Source: Ruminococcus sp. (GTDB lineage Bacteria; Bacillota; Clostridia; Oscillospirales; Ruminococcaceae). From it: a stretch of DNA of 51,348 nt. The stretch's first letter is position 1. Every line of letters begins with the position of its first letter. Made by a program: the position numbers and the translations under genes. The stretch is taken from assembly GCA_019417865.1 (NCBI GenBank), contig DYCW01000432.1:1-51348 (forward strand), read 5' to 3'. Below are positions 9,795-18,775 of the stretch, in pieces. The notes under the pieces are model-generated. The model had not been told where the DNA came from. It searched no databases and saw nothing but the letters and a program-made list of their open reading frames with translations.

Positions 9795-9882
9795 TTTTCC
9801 ACATTTCCCAAAGCATCGCAATCTCGTTGCTTTTCCACACTTTCCACAGAATTTTCCACAGAAAAAAGCAGACTTTTCCACA
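9795..9882 (+). promoter_or_regulatory. cluster of five co-oriented DnaA-box-like 9-mers
   Basis: TTTTCCACA at 9795, 9831, 9852, 9874 and CTTTCCACA at 9840; consensus TTWTNCACA. Confidence 0.7.
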
Positions 9883-9977
9883 GTGTTGGGATCGGTCTGC
9901 TTTTTTCGGTATGACTGTTTGAAATCGGAAAAAACAGTGCATACTGTAAGTAAATCAAGTTTCTGGGAGGGAATGTG

Positions 9978-10232
9978 ATGGTAAAAGGTGTTCACAAAAA
10001 GGTGATTGAAGTCCATCAGCCGGACAGTGCCTACTTTGAGAAGGCAATTTTTTACCTGCGGCCTGGTATTACGCAGCTGCCACCGGAGCTGGCACAGGCA
10101 GCTGCAAGAGAGTATTTACAGGAAATGGAACCGTTTCCCGAACCGCCGCTTTGGAAACGAACCTTGCCGATTTTTTGCAGTGCGGTTCTGTCTGCTGCCG
10201 CAGCCTGTGTTGTATGCCTGCTGGTGTTGTAA
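9978..10232 (+). CDS. small hypothetical protein with C-terminal TM anchor
   Basis: GGGAGG RBS; MVKGVHKKVIEVHQPDSAYFEKAIFYLRP; hydrophobic C-terminus. Confidence 0.75.
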   Translation: MVKGVHKKVIEVHQPDSAYFEKAIFYLRPGITQLPPELAQAAAREYLQEMEPFPEPPLWKRTLPIFCSAVLSAAAACVVCLLVL

Positions 10233-10303
10233 TGCTTTAGGGAATGGCGTGCTGTAAAATTTTCCGTTTCGGCAAAAACTTTATGAAAACCAGAAAAAAG
10301 ACC

Positions 10304-10332
10304 TTGTGCTTTTTCTGCAAACATGCTATAAT
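10304..10332 (+). promoter_or_regulatory. sigma-A promoter for the rlmB operon
   Basis: TTGTGC-17 nt-TATAAT with extended TG. Confidence 0.65.
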
Positions 10333-10370
10333 AAAGGTCATGGCATATTCGCTGTGACCTTTTATTTTTT
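10330..10370 (+). terminator. intrinsic terminator overlapping the rlmB promoter
   Basis: 15-bp stem AATAAAGGTCATGGC/GCTGTGACCTTTATT plus T-tract. Confidence 0.6.
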
Positions 10371-10438
10371 GGAGAAAAGGCAGCTGTGAGAGGATGTGCA
10401 GCTGTGAAGAAACGCTCGGAGAGGATCGAGGAAAATAG

Positions 10439-11224
10439 ATGAAGCCTGAAAGACAAAATAGAAATCACACTGCTGTACCGCAGCAGGAGGAAAACCGCAT
10501 TGCCGGAAGAAATCCGGTTATGGAGGCACTCAAAAGCGGTACGCCGTTGGATACCATTTATCTCAGCGGTAGACAGGGCATTCTTGGACAGATTGCCAGT
10601 CTTGCCGCCGAACAGGGGATACCGGTGAAAACCGTATCGGATGCCCGTTTATCCCAGATGACGCAACAGACCCATCAGGGCGTTGTGGCAGACGGTGCAT
10701 GTGCCGTGTATGGGAGCATGGCTGACATGCTGGCATTTGCTGCGGAAAAGGGAGAAAAGCCACTGCTGCTGATTTGTGACGAGATTCAGGATCCGCACAA
10801 TTTGGGTGCGATTTTACGAACTGCGGAAGCAGCCGGCTTTCATGGTGTCATTATTCCGAAACGGCGGAGTGCATCCTTGAATGCCACCGTTGCGAAAACC
10901 TCTGCCGGTGCGGTCAGTTGGATAAAAGTGGCGAGAGTTCCTAATTTAGTGGCAGCCATGGAAGAATTGAAACAAAATGGTGTTTGGATTTATGGGACAG
11001 ATGCCGCCGGGACAGATTATACCCAGTCTGATTTTACAGGCGGCACGGCATTTGTCATCGGCTCAGAAGGCGAGGGAATGGGTCGTCTGGTACGGGAACA
11101 CTGTGACCAGCTGCTTAGCCTGCCGATGTATGGAAAAGTGAATTCTCTCAATGCCTCTGTTGCAGCTGGCATCTTTATTTATGAAGCCGTGCGGCAGCGG
11201 CACAGCACATCCGGAAATCCGTAA
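10439..11224 (+). CDS. rlmB: 23S rRNA Gm2251 2'-O-methyltransferase RlmB
   Basis: GRNPVMEAL, HQGVVA, IQDPHNLGAILRTA, IGSEGEG, NSLNASVAAGI. Confidence 0.93.
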   Translation: MKPERQNRNHTAVPQQEENRIAGRNPVMEALKSGTPLDTIYLSGRQGILGQIASLAAEQGIPVKTVSDARLSQMTQQTHQGVVADGACAVYGSMADMLAFAAEKGEKPLLLICDEIQDPHNLGAILRTAEAAGFHGVIIPKRRSASLNATVAKTSAGAVSWIKVARVPNLVAAMEELKQNGVWIYGTDAAGTDYTQSDFTGGTAFVIGSEGEGMGRLVREHCDQLLSLPMYGKVNSLNASVAAGIFIYEAVRQRHSTSGNP

Positions 11225-11278
11225 TTTGCAGAATATGCCGTTCTGCATCCCTGCTTTAAAGGAGTGTAACAGCAAAAT

Positions 11279-14200
11279 ATGGCAAATCAAAAATTTTCCG
11301 TGGAGGAAATTTTAAAAGAATATCAGTCCGACGAAGCAACGGCAAATAAAAAAGGGACGCCTTCTGGTAAGCTGGAAACGCAGAAAATGCTGAACAATGC
11401 TGCCGGAAGAAGAAAAGTGCCGCCGAGTACGAAAGCCTCTGCGGAAGCGTATTCCTATGCTGCAAGTCGTACGCAGCAACGAACGCCGTATTCGCCCTAT
11501 CGTTCGGAGATGGCTGCAAATATTAATGGCATCAAGCAGCAGCGGTATACACGGCGTACCGATGTAGAGGAAAGCCGAACGGCTGCTTTTCAGACGCTGG
11601 AACTGATGCGTCCGAAGGTGTCATTTGTTCGTTCTCCTGCCATCAATCCGCAAACAACCCCGAATCCGAAACGTGATCATATCTCTGATTATGATGGTGC
11701 CGTTCTGCTGGAAACACCGGAAACGGAAACAAAGCCGGAACAGCCTGCCTATCAGCCGACAATTCAGGAAATGCAGGATTCTACCAGAGCAAAGGAGAAA
11801 AAACAGGCACAGAGTAGCCGAAAACCAAAAAAACGAACAGAACAATCTTATCAGCGGGAATCGTTCACAGAACCAGAACCGGAGTGGCGTAAAGCAAAGC
11901 CGGAAAAGAAAAAAACGCAGCCGGAGCCTGTCACACAGACGGCAACCTTGCAGGATACGCTGCGGGCAGCACAGGAGGCAGTTGCAAAAGCAGAAACACC
12001 GGAGCAGCCGCAGAAAAAACAGTCGTTTTCTCATGCGTGGGAAACGCTTCTGACCAGTCCAGCAAAACAGCAGCAGCGGCAGGAAAAGAAACAGCAGGAG
12101 AAAAAACAACCATCTGCATCCAGATGGCTTTCCTCCAGAAAAAAAACGGCAAAGAATAGCCGTTTTGCACAGCCGGCTTATCCCGAACCGGCAGAACAAT
12201 ATCAAACAAAAGAAGAACCGCAGCCGGAGCGTAATGACACACCACCAATCTATAAACCGCAGCCGGAGCGTAATGACACACCGCCAGTCTACAAACCGCA
12301 GCCGGAGCGTAATGATACACCACCAATCTACGAACCGCAGCCGGAGCGTAATGATACATCGCCAATTTATGAACCACGGTCAGAGCGTAATGATACACCA
12401 CCAATCTACGAACCACGGTCAGAGCGTAATGATACACCACCAATCTACGAACCGCAGCCGGAGCGTAATGATACACCGCCGGTCTACGAACCGCAGCCGG
12501 AGCGTAATGATACACCGCCAGTCTACGAACCGCAGCCAGAAAACAATGAAATGCCAATATCAGAACTGGCTGCATCGGAAGCAGCAGAGAGCCGCACAAA
12601 ACCATCCACTGCAAAATCGAAAAAGCAGAAGAAGGAAAAGCGGAAAAAAGAAAAGCTGCCGAAGCCAAAGAAAACCAAAAAGAGTGCAGCTGCTCCGGCT
12701 GTACAACTGCAGCCAGAGATACCGCCGGAAGAACCGGCACAGGATATTTGGGAGGAAGAGCCGGTTCCAGTTGCAGCTGTTGTTTCGGAAGAATCGGATA
12801 CAGCATCTTTTTCTACAGAAACGGAGAATCTTTCTTATACGGCAAGATTTCGGAAGGTTGTGGCACAGAAAAGTACTTATACTGATCCAGAGCGGAAAAC
12901 TACTGCGAAAAAGCCAAAACGGGAAAAAATGCCAAAGGTTAAAGTACAAAAGCCAGTTCCGCCGGCACCAAAGCCCATCCCCAATCAGGAAGCGGAAATC
13001 CGAATCAATATCAATCTATTGCGGAATGCGGTTTTCTTCCGTACTGTTTCCCTGATTATTTTAACCGTAATTGAAATGTTTCTGGCAATTGGTGAGTCCG
13101 GACATACATTGCTTTATCCCGCTTTGACACGTCTGATGACTGTCCAGGGATATTGCGTGATTCATCTGGTGCTGGGACTGCTGATCTTATTTATCACTTT
13201 CCCGACGGTTGTAAATGGCTTGAAAAATCTACTGCATCGGGAGGCAGACAGCGACAGTGTTGCGGCTTTGCCGTTGATTCCCTGCCTGCTGACGGTGATT
13301 TCTGTTATTTTCGTGCCGGAACCGATGGAACGCAATCTGGTACATATCTTTTTGCCGGTTTCCAGTTTGATTTTATTGGTCAATTCTATCAGTAAGCTGT
13401 TTATTATCCGGCGTGCCACCCGTAATTTTTCGCTTTTGACAAAGGACTTTGAAAAATATGTTTTAACTTGTGTGCAGAATGAGACTGCAGCGGAAACACT
13501 GACCCGTGGAGCAGTAAGAGACTATCCGATTCTGGCAACGGTGCGAAAGACCAGCCAGATGTCTGACTTTTTGCGGCATACCTATGCATCCGATCTGGCA
13601 GATCGTTTCAGTCAAAAGCTTGTCCCCATTGTTGGTGGAATTTCACTTTTGTTGGCAGCTGCTATCACAGGCATTCGGATTGGTGTGCTGGAATCTCCGG
13701 AACAGAATATTCCATTTTTCTTCTCTGTACTGACGATGCTGCTGACAGCCGGATGTACAGCCGGCATTCCGTTGACGGTCAATATGCCATTGGACAGTGC
13801 TTCTAAACGGCTTTGCCCACATTCCTGTACTTTACTTGGCTATCAGAGTGTGGACGACTTTTTTGATGTCAATGCTGTGATGCTTTCTGCTTCGGCACTG
13901 TTTCCGAAGGGATCTGTCAAGATCAGTGGGATTAAAAACTTTGGCGGTTTTCAGGTAGAGGAAGCACTGCTGGATGCTGCCAGCCTGGTATATGCGGCAG
14001 ACAGCATTCTGCAAAACGCTTTTGCAGAACTGGTCGAGGAGAAGAATGGCATGCTGTATCAGGTGGAGGACTGTAACTATGAGGATTCCTTTGGGCTATG
14101 CGGCTGGATTCGTCATCGCCGTGTTCTACTTGGAAACCGGGAGATGATGACCACCCATAACATTGAAGGTCTGCCGACAAAAATACGGGAATTGGAATTG

Positions 14201-14713
14201 ACAGACGGCAATCAGGATGTGCTGTATCTTTCCGTAAGCGGTGTACTGGCTGCCATGTTTGTGGTGGACATTACTGCTGACCCAATGGTAAAACGGCAGA
14301 TGTGTCGCTTGAAGGAAGAGCAAATCAATGTGATTCTCAAGAGTGTGGACAGCAGTGTTACCCTTCGTCGTCTGGCAACGCTGTTTGCTGTGCCGGATAG
14401 TATGCTGAAGATTCTACCAGCTGCGGATGATGATTTATTTGCACAGGAAACAGCACCATTGCAGGATGTCAGTGCAGCTACGATTCACAATGGATCTTTC
14501 TTTGGTACGGCTCGGCTGTTGCTGGAAGCAAAGAGAATAAAACGGGCGGCAACAGCAGGATTGCTGCTGCAAGTCATTTCTGTCATCCTTGGTCTGTCCA
14601 TTTGCAGTGGTTATATCTTGGTGAACGGCTATGACAATATTACTTCACAGACATTGTTATTTTATCAGTTGATTATGACGGGCTTGACGGTATTTGCAAC
14701 ACGTTTGAAATAA
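11279..14713 (+). CDS. large membrane protein: disordered repetitive N-terminus plus degenerate P1B-type ATPase-like domain
   Basis: C-terminal ~560 aa follow CopA/ZntA landmarks (ADSDSVAAL, ADRFSQKLVP, RVLLGNREMM, LYLSVSGVLAAMF) but lack DKTGT, CPC, TGE and GDGxND. Confidence 0.8.
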   Translation: MANQKFSVEEILKEYQSDEATANKKGTPSGKLETQKMLNNAAGRRKVPPSTKASAEAYSYAASRTQQRTPYSPYRSEMAANINGIKQQRYTRRTDVEESRTAAFQTLELMRPKVSFVRSPAINPQTTPNPKRDHISDYDGAVLLETPETETKPEQPAYQPTIQEMQDSTRAKEKKQAQSSRKPKKRTEQSYQRESFTEPEPEWRKAKPEKKKTQPEPVTQTATLQDTLRAAQEAVAKAETPEQPQKKQSFSHAWETLLTSPAKQQQRQEKKQQEKKQPSASRWLSSRKKTAKNSRFAQPAYPEPAEQYQTKEEPQPERNDTPPIYKPQPERNDTPPVYKPQPERNDTPPIYEPQPERNDTSPIYEPRSERNDTPPIYEPRSERNDTPPIYEPQPERNDTPPVYEPQPERNDTPPVYEPQPENNEMPISELAASEAAESRTKPSTAKSKKQKKEKRKKEKLPKPKKTKKSAAAPAVQLQPEIPPEEPAQDIWEEEPVPVAAVVSEESDTASFSTETENLSYTARFRKVVAQKSTYTDPERKTTAKKPKREKMPKVKVQKPVPPAPKPIPNQEAEIRININLLRNAVFFRTVSLIILTVIEMFLAIGESGHTLLYPALTRLMTVQGYCVIHLVLGLLILFITFPTVVNGLKNLLHREADSDSVAALPLIPCLLTVISVIFVPEPMERNLVHIFLPVSSLILLVNSISKLFIIRRATRNFSLLTKDFEKYVLTCVQNETAAETLTRGAVRDYPILATVRKTSQMSDFLRHTYASDLADRFSQKLVPIVGGISLLLAAAITGIRIGVLESPEQNIPFFFSVLTMLLTAGCTAGIPLTVNMPLDSASKRLCPHSCTLLGYQSVDDFFDVNAVMLSASALFPKGSVKISGIKNFGGFQVEEALLDAASLVYAADSILQNAFAELVEEKNGMLYQVEDCNYEDSFGLCGWIRHRRVLLGNREMMTTHNIEGLPTKIRELELTDGNQDVLYLSVSGVLAAMFVVDITADPMVKRQMCRLKEEQINVILKSVDSSVTLRRLATLFAVPDSMLKILPAADDDLFAQETAPLQDVSAATIHNGSFFGTARLLLEAKRIKRAATAGLLLQVISVILGLSICSGYILVNGYDNITSQTLLFYQLIMTGLTVFATRLK
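12218..12550 (+). repeat. 39-bp coding tandem repeat, 8 copies plus a partial (PQPERNDTPPIYE)
   Basis: CCGCAGCCGGAGCGTAATGAYACACCRCCARTCTACGAA units with exact 39-bp period, no spacers. Confidence 0.95.
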
Positions 14714-14727
14714 GGAGGCGATAGGTT

Positions 14728-16368
14728 ATGGATTTGCGAAAGCAACGAAATACCGATGCAGAGGAAACCGCATTTGTCCCTGTGTCAGAGATTGCATCCA
14801 AACGGTCTACGGATCAGTTTGATACGCAGAAATTAGATGGAGATGCCGTTCGATCACAGGCGGCAACTTATCATGACCGAAATCCTTACCGCCGCAGTAA
14901 ACCGCAGCTGCATGGGACGCCAATGCCGCCGGAGCAGGAAACGGTATCTTATCCTGGGGACGTTTCCGAATATCATAATGGCTATGGGAATGCTCCGCAG
15001 CCACCATACAACAACGGCTATGGAAATCCTCCACAGTCGCCGTACAATAATGGGTATGGGAATGCTTCGCAGTCGCCGTACAATAATGGGTATGGGAATC
15101 CTCCGCAGTCACCGTACAACAACGGCTATGGAAATCCTCCGCAGTCATCGTACAACAATGGTTATGGGAATGCTCCGCAGTCACCGTATAACAATGGATA
15201 TGGAAACCCTCCACAGCCAACTGCATATGGTCGATCCGCAACAGCAGCACCGCCAAGACCGCAATCATCCCCCCAAACGCATCCACCAAGGCAATCGTCA
15301 ACGCCGAAAGAACCAATAAAATCTTCTGTACCAAGCAGCCGTCCTGTACGGCAGCCTGCTTCGGCAGAGCCAAAAAGACGGCGGACTGTTTCCAATGGCA
15401 AAAAGCGTGCCGGTGGCGGTACATTGGGAAAAATTGTACGATTTGTACTGTGGGCAGTTATTATTGTATTTGTGTTGTATTCTGTATTGGCATTGGTGGG
15501 TATTCTGCGAATGCAGAAGGAAACAGCAGAAAACCGTGCCAATATTTCCGATGTGATGGAAGCCTCCTATGTCAGTAATGTCTTATTGATTGGGACAGAT
15601 TCCCGTGACTTGTCATCCGACCGTGGTCGTTCGGATTCCATGATTCTGCTGTCCATTAACAGCAAAACCAATGAAATTGTAATGACTTCGTTTTTACGAG
15701 ATGCTTATGTTTATATTGGTGACACATATGGTTCCGGTAAATTGAATGCCGCTTATTCTTATGGCGGTGCTGCATTGCTGATGGATACAATTGAAGCAAA
15801 TTATCATGTACGAATTGATGATTATGTGTTGATTTCTTTTGCAGCCTGTGCCAATGTGATTGACGCAGTCGGCGGTGTGGAACTGGAACTTTCCGACAGC
15901 GAAGCGGATGCTGTCAACGAAATCCTGATCAGTGAAGTCAATGAATTGATGGGAGACGGTCGGGAAGATGACCTGTTAGACGGCGGCGGTACGCTGAAGT
16001 TAGACGGAAAGCAGGCACTTTCCTACAGCCGCATTCGGTATGTCGGCAATGCCGATTTTGAGCGGACAAGCCGCCAGCGAACGGTGATGACACAGGTGCT
16101 GAAAAAGGCGGCAAAAAATCCAGCAGCACTGGCAAACATTTTTATCACAGCACTGCCGGAGCTGTCTACCAATCTTTCTGTTGGAAAAGCGTATAGCTAT
16201 GCCTTGCGGGCACCGTTTTTGTTGATGCACTATGATTTTGTGCAGCAGCAGATTCCCGCAGATGGGACATTTTATGGGGATACGATCAATGGAGAGGCTG
16301 TTTTGGTTACAACAGATTCTGAAGAAAATCAAAACAAGTTGGAAGAAACAATTTTTCGGAAGTCATAA
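14728..16368 (+). CDS. LCP (LytR-CpsA-Psr) family protein with long low-complexity N-terminus
   Basis: TM helix, NVLLIGTD, RSDSMIL, KLNAAYSYGG, ALSYSRIR, DFERTSRQR. Confidence 0.93.
   Translation: MDLRKQRNTDAEETAFVPVSEIASKRSTDQFDTQKLDGDAVRSQAATYHDRNPYRRSKPQLHGTPMPPEQETVSYPGDVSEYHNGYGNAPQPPYNNGYGNPPQSPYNNGYGNASQSPYNNGYGNPPQSPYNNGYGNPPQSSYNNGYGNAPQSPYNNGYGNPPQPTAYGRSATAAPPRPQSSPQTHPPRQSSTPKEPIKSSVPSSRPVRQPASAEPKRRRTVSNGKKRAGGGTLGKIVRFVLWAVIIVFVLYSVLALVGILRMQKETAENRANISDVMEASYVSNVLLIGTDSRDLSSDRGRSDSMILLSINSKTNEIVMTSFLRDAYVYIGDTYGSGKLNAAYSYGGAALLMDTIEANYHVRIDDYVLISFAACANVIDAVGGVELELSDSEADAVNEILISEVNELMGDGREDDLLDGGGTLKLDGKQALSYSRIRYVGNADFERTSRQRTVMTQVLKKAAKNPAALANIFITALPELSTNLSVGKAYSYALRAPFLLMHYDFVQQQIPADGTFYGDTINGEAVLVTTDSEENQNKLEETIFRKS
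14971..15222 (+). repeat. 36-bp coding tandem repeat x7 (YNNGYGNPPQSP)
   Basis: Seven 12-aa units with many synonymous differences. Confidence 0.92.
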
Positions 16369-16437
16369 AAACAATACATGGTAACAGTGTGATACCATGT
16401 ATCCTATTTCTGATATGCTTTTTATAGAATGTTTCAG

Positions 16438-16465
16438 CAGCGGTCACGACAGCCGCTGTTTTTTT
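16438..16465 (+). terminator. intrinsic terminator after the LCP gene
   Basis: CAGCGGT-loop-GCCGCTG followed by T7. Confidence 0.7.
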
Positions 16466-16523
16466 CTGCCCTGTTGTATAAATTCCTATGATTTTACCCA
16501 TCCTGTTGGATGAGGTGATCAAG

Positions 16524-17135
16524 ATGAAAAAATGGGAAGCAGCACTTTTGATTGGCGTATTTTGCACATTACTTTTCACAAGCTTTTTTCAAACAGCGGA
16601 AACGGTAACGGGATTGCAGCAGCATGTTCTGCGGATGCATATTCTGGCGAACTCTGATAGGGAAGCAGATCAGCAGTTGAAATATCAGGTGCGGGATGCC
16701 TTGCTGGCAGAATCGGAATCCCTATTTGGTACCGATGTGCCGGAGAGCCGGGAACAGCTGGAGACTGTTGCAGCAGCCCATCTTCCAGAAATGGAGGCAA
16801 TTGCACAGCGTGTGGTACGGGAAAACGGCTACACCTATCCGGTGCAGGCGGAACTGGTTACCATGGACTTCACAGAACGTACCTACGAGGACTTGACGAT
16901 GCCGGCTGGTACATACGAAGCCATTCGCATTACCATTGGAGCGGCAGCGGGCAGGAATTGGTGGTGTGTGATGTATCCGCCGCTCTGTATTCCGGTGGCA
17001 GAGGAGGTTGCTGTAGAAGAAGCACAGGCAGAAGCCTATTTTACAAAGGAAGAACAGGATGTATTATATCATCCGGAACGTTATCGGGTAAAACTGAAAC
17101 TAGTGGAGTGGGTAAAACATTGGATGAAGGAATGA
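16524..17135 (+). CDS. spoIIR: stage II sporulation protein R
   Basis: LRMHILANSD, QLKYQVRD, PAGTYEAIRITIG, NWWCVMYPPLC; GAGGTG RBS. Confidence 0.95.
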   Translation: MKKWEAALLIGVFCTLLFTSFFQTAETVTGLQQHVLRMHILANSDREADQQLKYQVRDALLAESESLFGTDVPESREQLETVAAAHLPEMEAIAQRVVRENGYTYPVQAELVTMDFTERTYEDLTMPAGTYEAIRITIGAAAGRNWWCVMYPPLCIPVAEEVAVEEAQAEAYFTKEEQDVLYHPERYRVKLKLVEWVKHWMKE

Positions 17136-17260
17136 CAGAAACATGTGTCTGATGGACAGGTCTTGTCTGTTGCACAGCGAGGGGTGTTTGCCAGCGATAG
17201 AATGTATTTTCATCAGGCTTACTCAAAATGTGAATTTTCTGTAAAAAACAAATTGCTTCC

Positions 17261-17289
17261 TTGACAAGCGGCAGAGAATGTGGTATAAT
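17261..17289 (+). promoter_or_regulatory. sigma-A promoter of infC-rpmI-rplT
   Basis: TTGACA-17 nt-TATAAT with extended TG. Confidence 0.85.
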
Positions 17290-17299
17290 GCTCAAAGAA

Positions 17300-17455
17300 A
17301 ACAAAGCAGAGCATCATCGTTCTCACCGTTTGGCTGTTGTCGAAACGGTTAATATCAGTTTCCTTGTGAATGTGTGCCGAAAGCATGCAGCAAAGAAATG
17401 GTGGAGCGGGATCAGATGATGCGTACTTTTTGAAAAGTACGCATTTATTTTTTTG
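17300..17455 (+). ncRNA. ribosomal protein L20 leader (attenuator)
   Basis: AAGCAGAGC...TTCTCACC motif of Firmicute L20 leaders; ends in terminator ATGCGTACTTTT/AAAAGTACGCAT plus T-tract; lies upstream of infC-rpmI-rplT. Confidence 0.8.
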
Positions 17456-17486
17456 TTTGAAAATAATATGTTTGGAGGTGCTGGCT

Positions 17487-18005
17487 ATCAGCAAACAAGA
17501 GCTGCAGATCAATGAGGAAATCCGGGATAGAGAAATCCTGGTCATTGATCAGAATGGGACAAAGCTTGGAACAATGTCTGCAAGAGACGCACAGAAGCTT
17601 GCGTATGAACAGGATCTCGATTTAGTGAAGATCGCACCGCAGGCAACCCCGCCGGTCTGCCGCATTATGGATTACGGAAAGTACTGTTTTGAACAGCAGA
17701 AGCGGGAAAAGGAAGCAAGAAAAAATCAAAAGGTGGTTTCTATTAAGGAAATCCGGATGTTTTCTGCAATTGATACCCATGACTTTGAAACAAAAGTGAA
17801 TCAGGCCAAGAAGTTTCTGGAAGGCGGCGATAAGCTGAAGGTTTCCGTTCGGTTCCGTAAGCGTGCAATTGCCCATCCGCAGCTCGGAGAAGAACTGCTC
17901 AACCGCTTCAAAGAGGCATGTGCAGCAGTTGGTACCGTTGAAAAGCCTGCAAAAATGGAAGGCCGCAGTATGGTCATGTTCATTTCACCGAAGGCATCCA
18001 AGTAA
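17487..18005 (+). CDS. infC: translation initiation factor IF-3, non-canonical ATC start
   Basis: INEEIR, DLDLV, PPVCRIMDYGK; GGAGGTG then in-frame ATC at 17487. Confidence 0.95.
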   Translation: MSKQELQINEEIRDREILVIDQNGTKLGTMSARDAQKLAYEQDLDLVKIAPQATPPVCRIMDYGKYCFEQQKREKEARKNQKVVSIKEIRMFSAIDTHDFETKVNQAKKFLEGGDKLKVSVRFRKRAIAHPQLGEELLNRFKEACAAVGTVEKPAKMEGRSMVMFISPKASK

Positions 18006-18020
18006 GAGGAGGAACTCGCA

Positions 18021-18224
18021 ATGGCAAAGATTAAGACAAAAACACATTCCGGTGCAAAGAAGCGGTTTAAGATTACTGCAAACGGAAAGGTAAAGTATCA
18101 GAAGACCAACAAGAGACACAGACTGACCCAGAAGGACACCAAGCGGAAGAGAATCGCCCGTACGGTCGGCATCGCTGATGCAACCAATGCACCGGCAGTG
18201 AAAAAGCTTCTGCCGTATCTCTAA
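18021..18224 (+). CDS. rpmI: 50S ribosomal protein L35
   Basis: [19 protein letters not shown]; operon position. Confidence 0.97.
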   Translation: MAKIKTKTHSGAKKRFKITANGKVKYQKTNKRHRLTQKDTKRKRIARTVGIADATNAPAVKKLLPYL

Positions 18225-18296
18225 GATACAATCCGCAGAATGGGACGGAACAAACTGGAAGCTTAGAAAACACATAGATATCGGAGGTAGAAGCAA

Positions 18297-18650
18297 ATGG
18301 CACGTGTAAAAGGTGCGATGATGACACGCAAGAGAAGAAATAAGACCCTGAAGCTCGCAAAGGGTTACTTTGGTGCAAAGAGCAAGCACTTCAAGATGGC
18401 AAAACAGGCTGTTATGAAGTCTGGCAACTATGCATATGTCGGCAGAAAGCAGAAGAAGAGAGAGTTCCGGCAGCTCTGGATCACCAGAATTTCTGCTGCA
18501 TGCAAGCTGAACGGCATGAACTATTCTACATTTATGAACGGCTGCAAGAAGGCTGGCATTACCCTGAATCGGAAGATGCTGTCTGAGATTGCGATCACCG
18601 ATGCAGCTGGTTTCGCTGCTATTGTAGAAAAGGCAAAGGCTGCACTTTAA
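18297..18650 (+). CDS. rplT: 50S ribosomal protein L20
   Basis: [37 protein letters not shown]. Confidence 0.98.
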   Translation: MARVKGAMMTRKRRNKTLKLAKGYFGAKSKHFKMAKQAVMKSGNYAYVGRKQKKREFRQLWITRISAACKLNGMNYSTFMNGCKKAGITLNRKMLSEIAITDAAGFAAIVEKAKAAL

Positions 18651-18662
18651 TTGCAAGCTGCG

Positions 18663-18699
18663 AACACGCTCCGGTTTTTGGAAAAACGGGGCGTGTTTT
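18663..18699 (+). terminator. intrinsic terminator after rplT
   Basis: AACACGCTCCG / CGGGGCGTGTT plus Ts. Confidence 0.8.
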
Positions 18700-18775
18700 G
18701 TTATATATAGTGAAATTTCTGCCGAACCATAGGGCTTCGGGCAGATTTTAAGCCATTGGACAGGAGGTACACAGG

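Noticed and set aside
9722..9975. DnaA-box cluster as oriC
   Set aside because: No dnaA/dnaN/rpmH neighbours, no evident DnaA-trio or unwinding element, and core genes lie on + on both sides; kept only as a box cluster.
12218..12550. 39-bp repeats as a CRISPR array
   Set aside because: No unique spacers, in-frame within a CDS, no cas genes in the window.
16470..16510. sigma-F promoter for spoIIR
   Set aside because: A GTATA -35-like motif is present but the -10 match is too poor to call.
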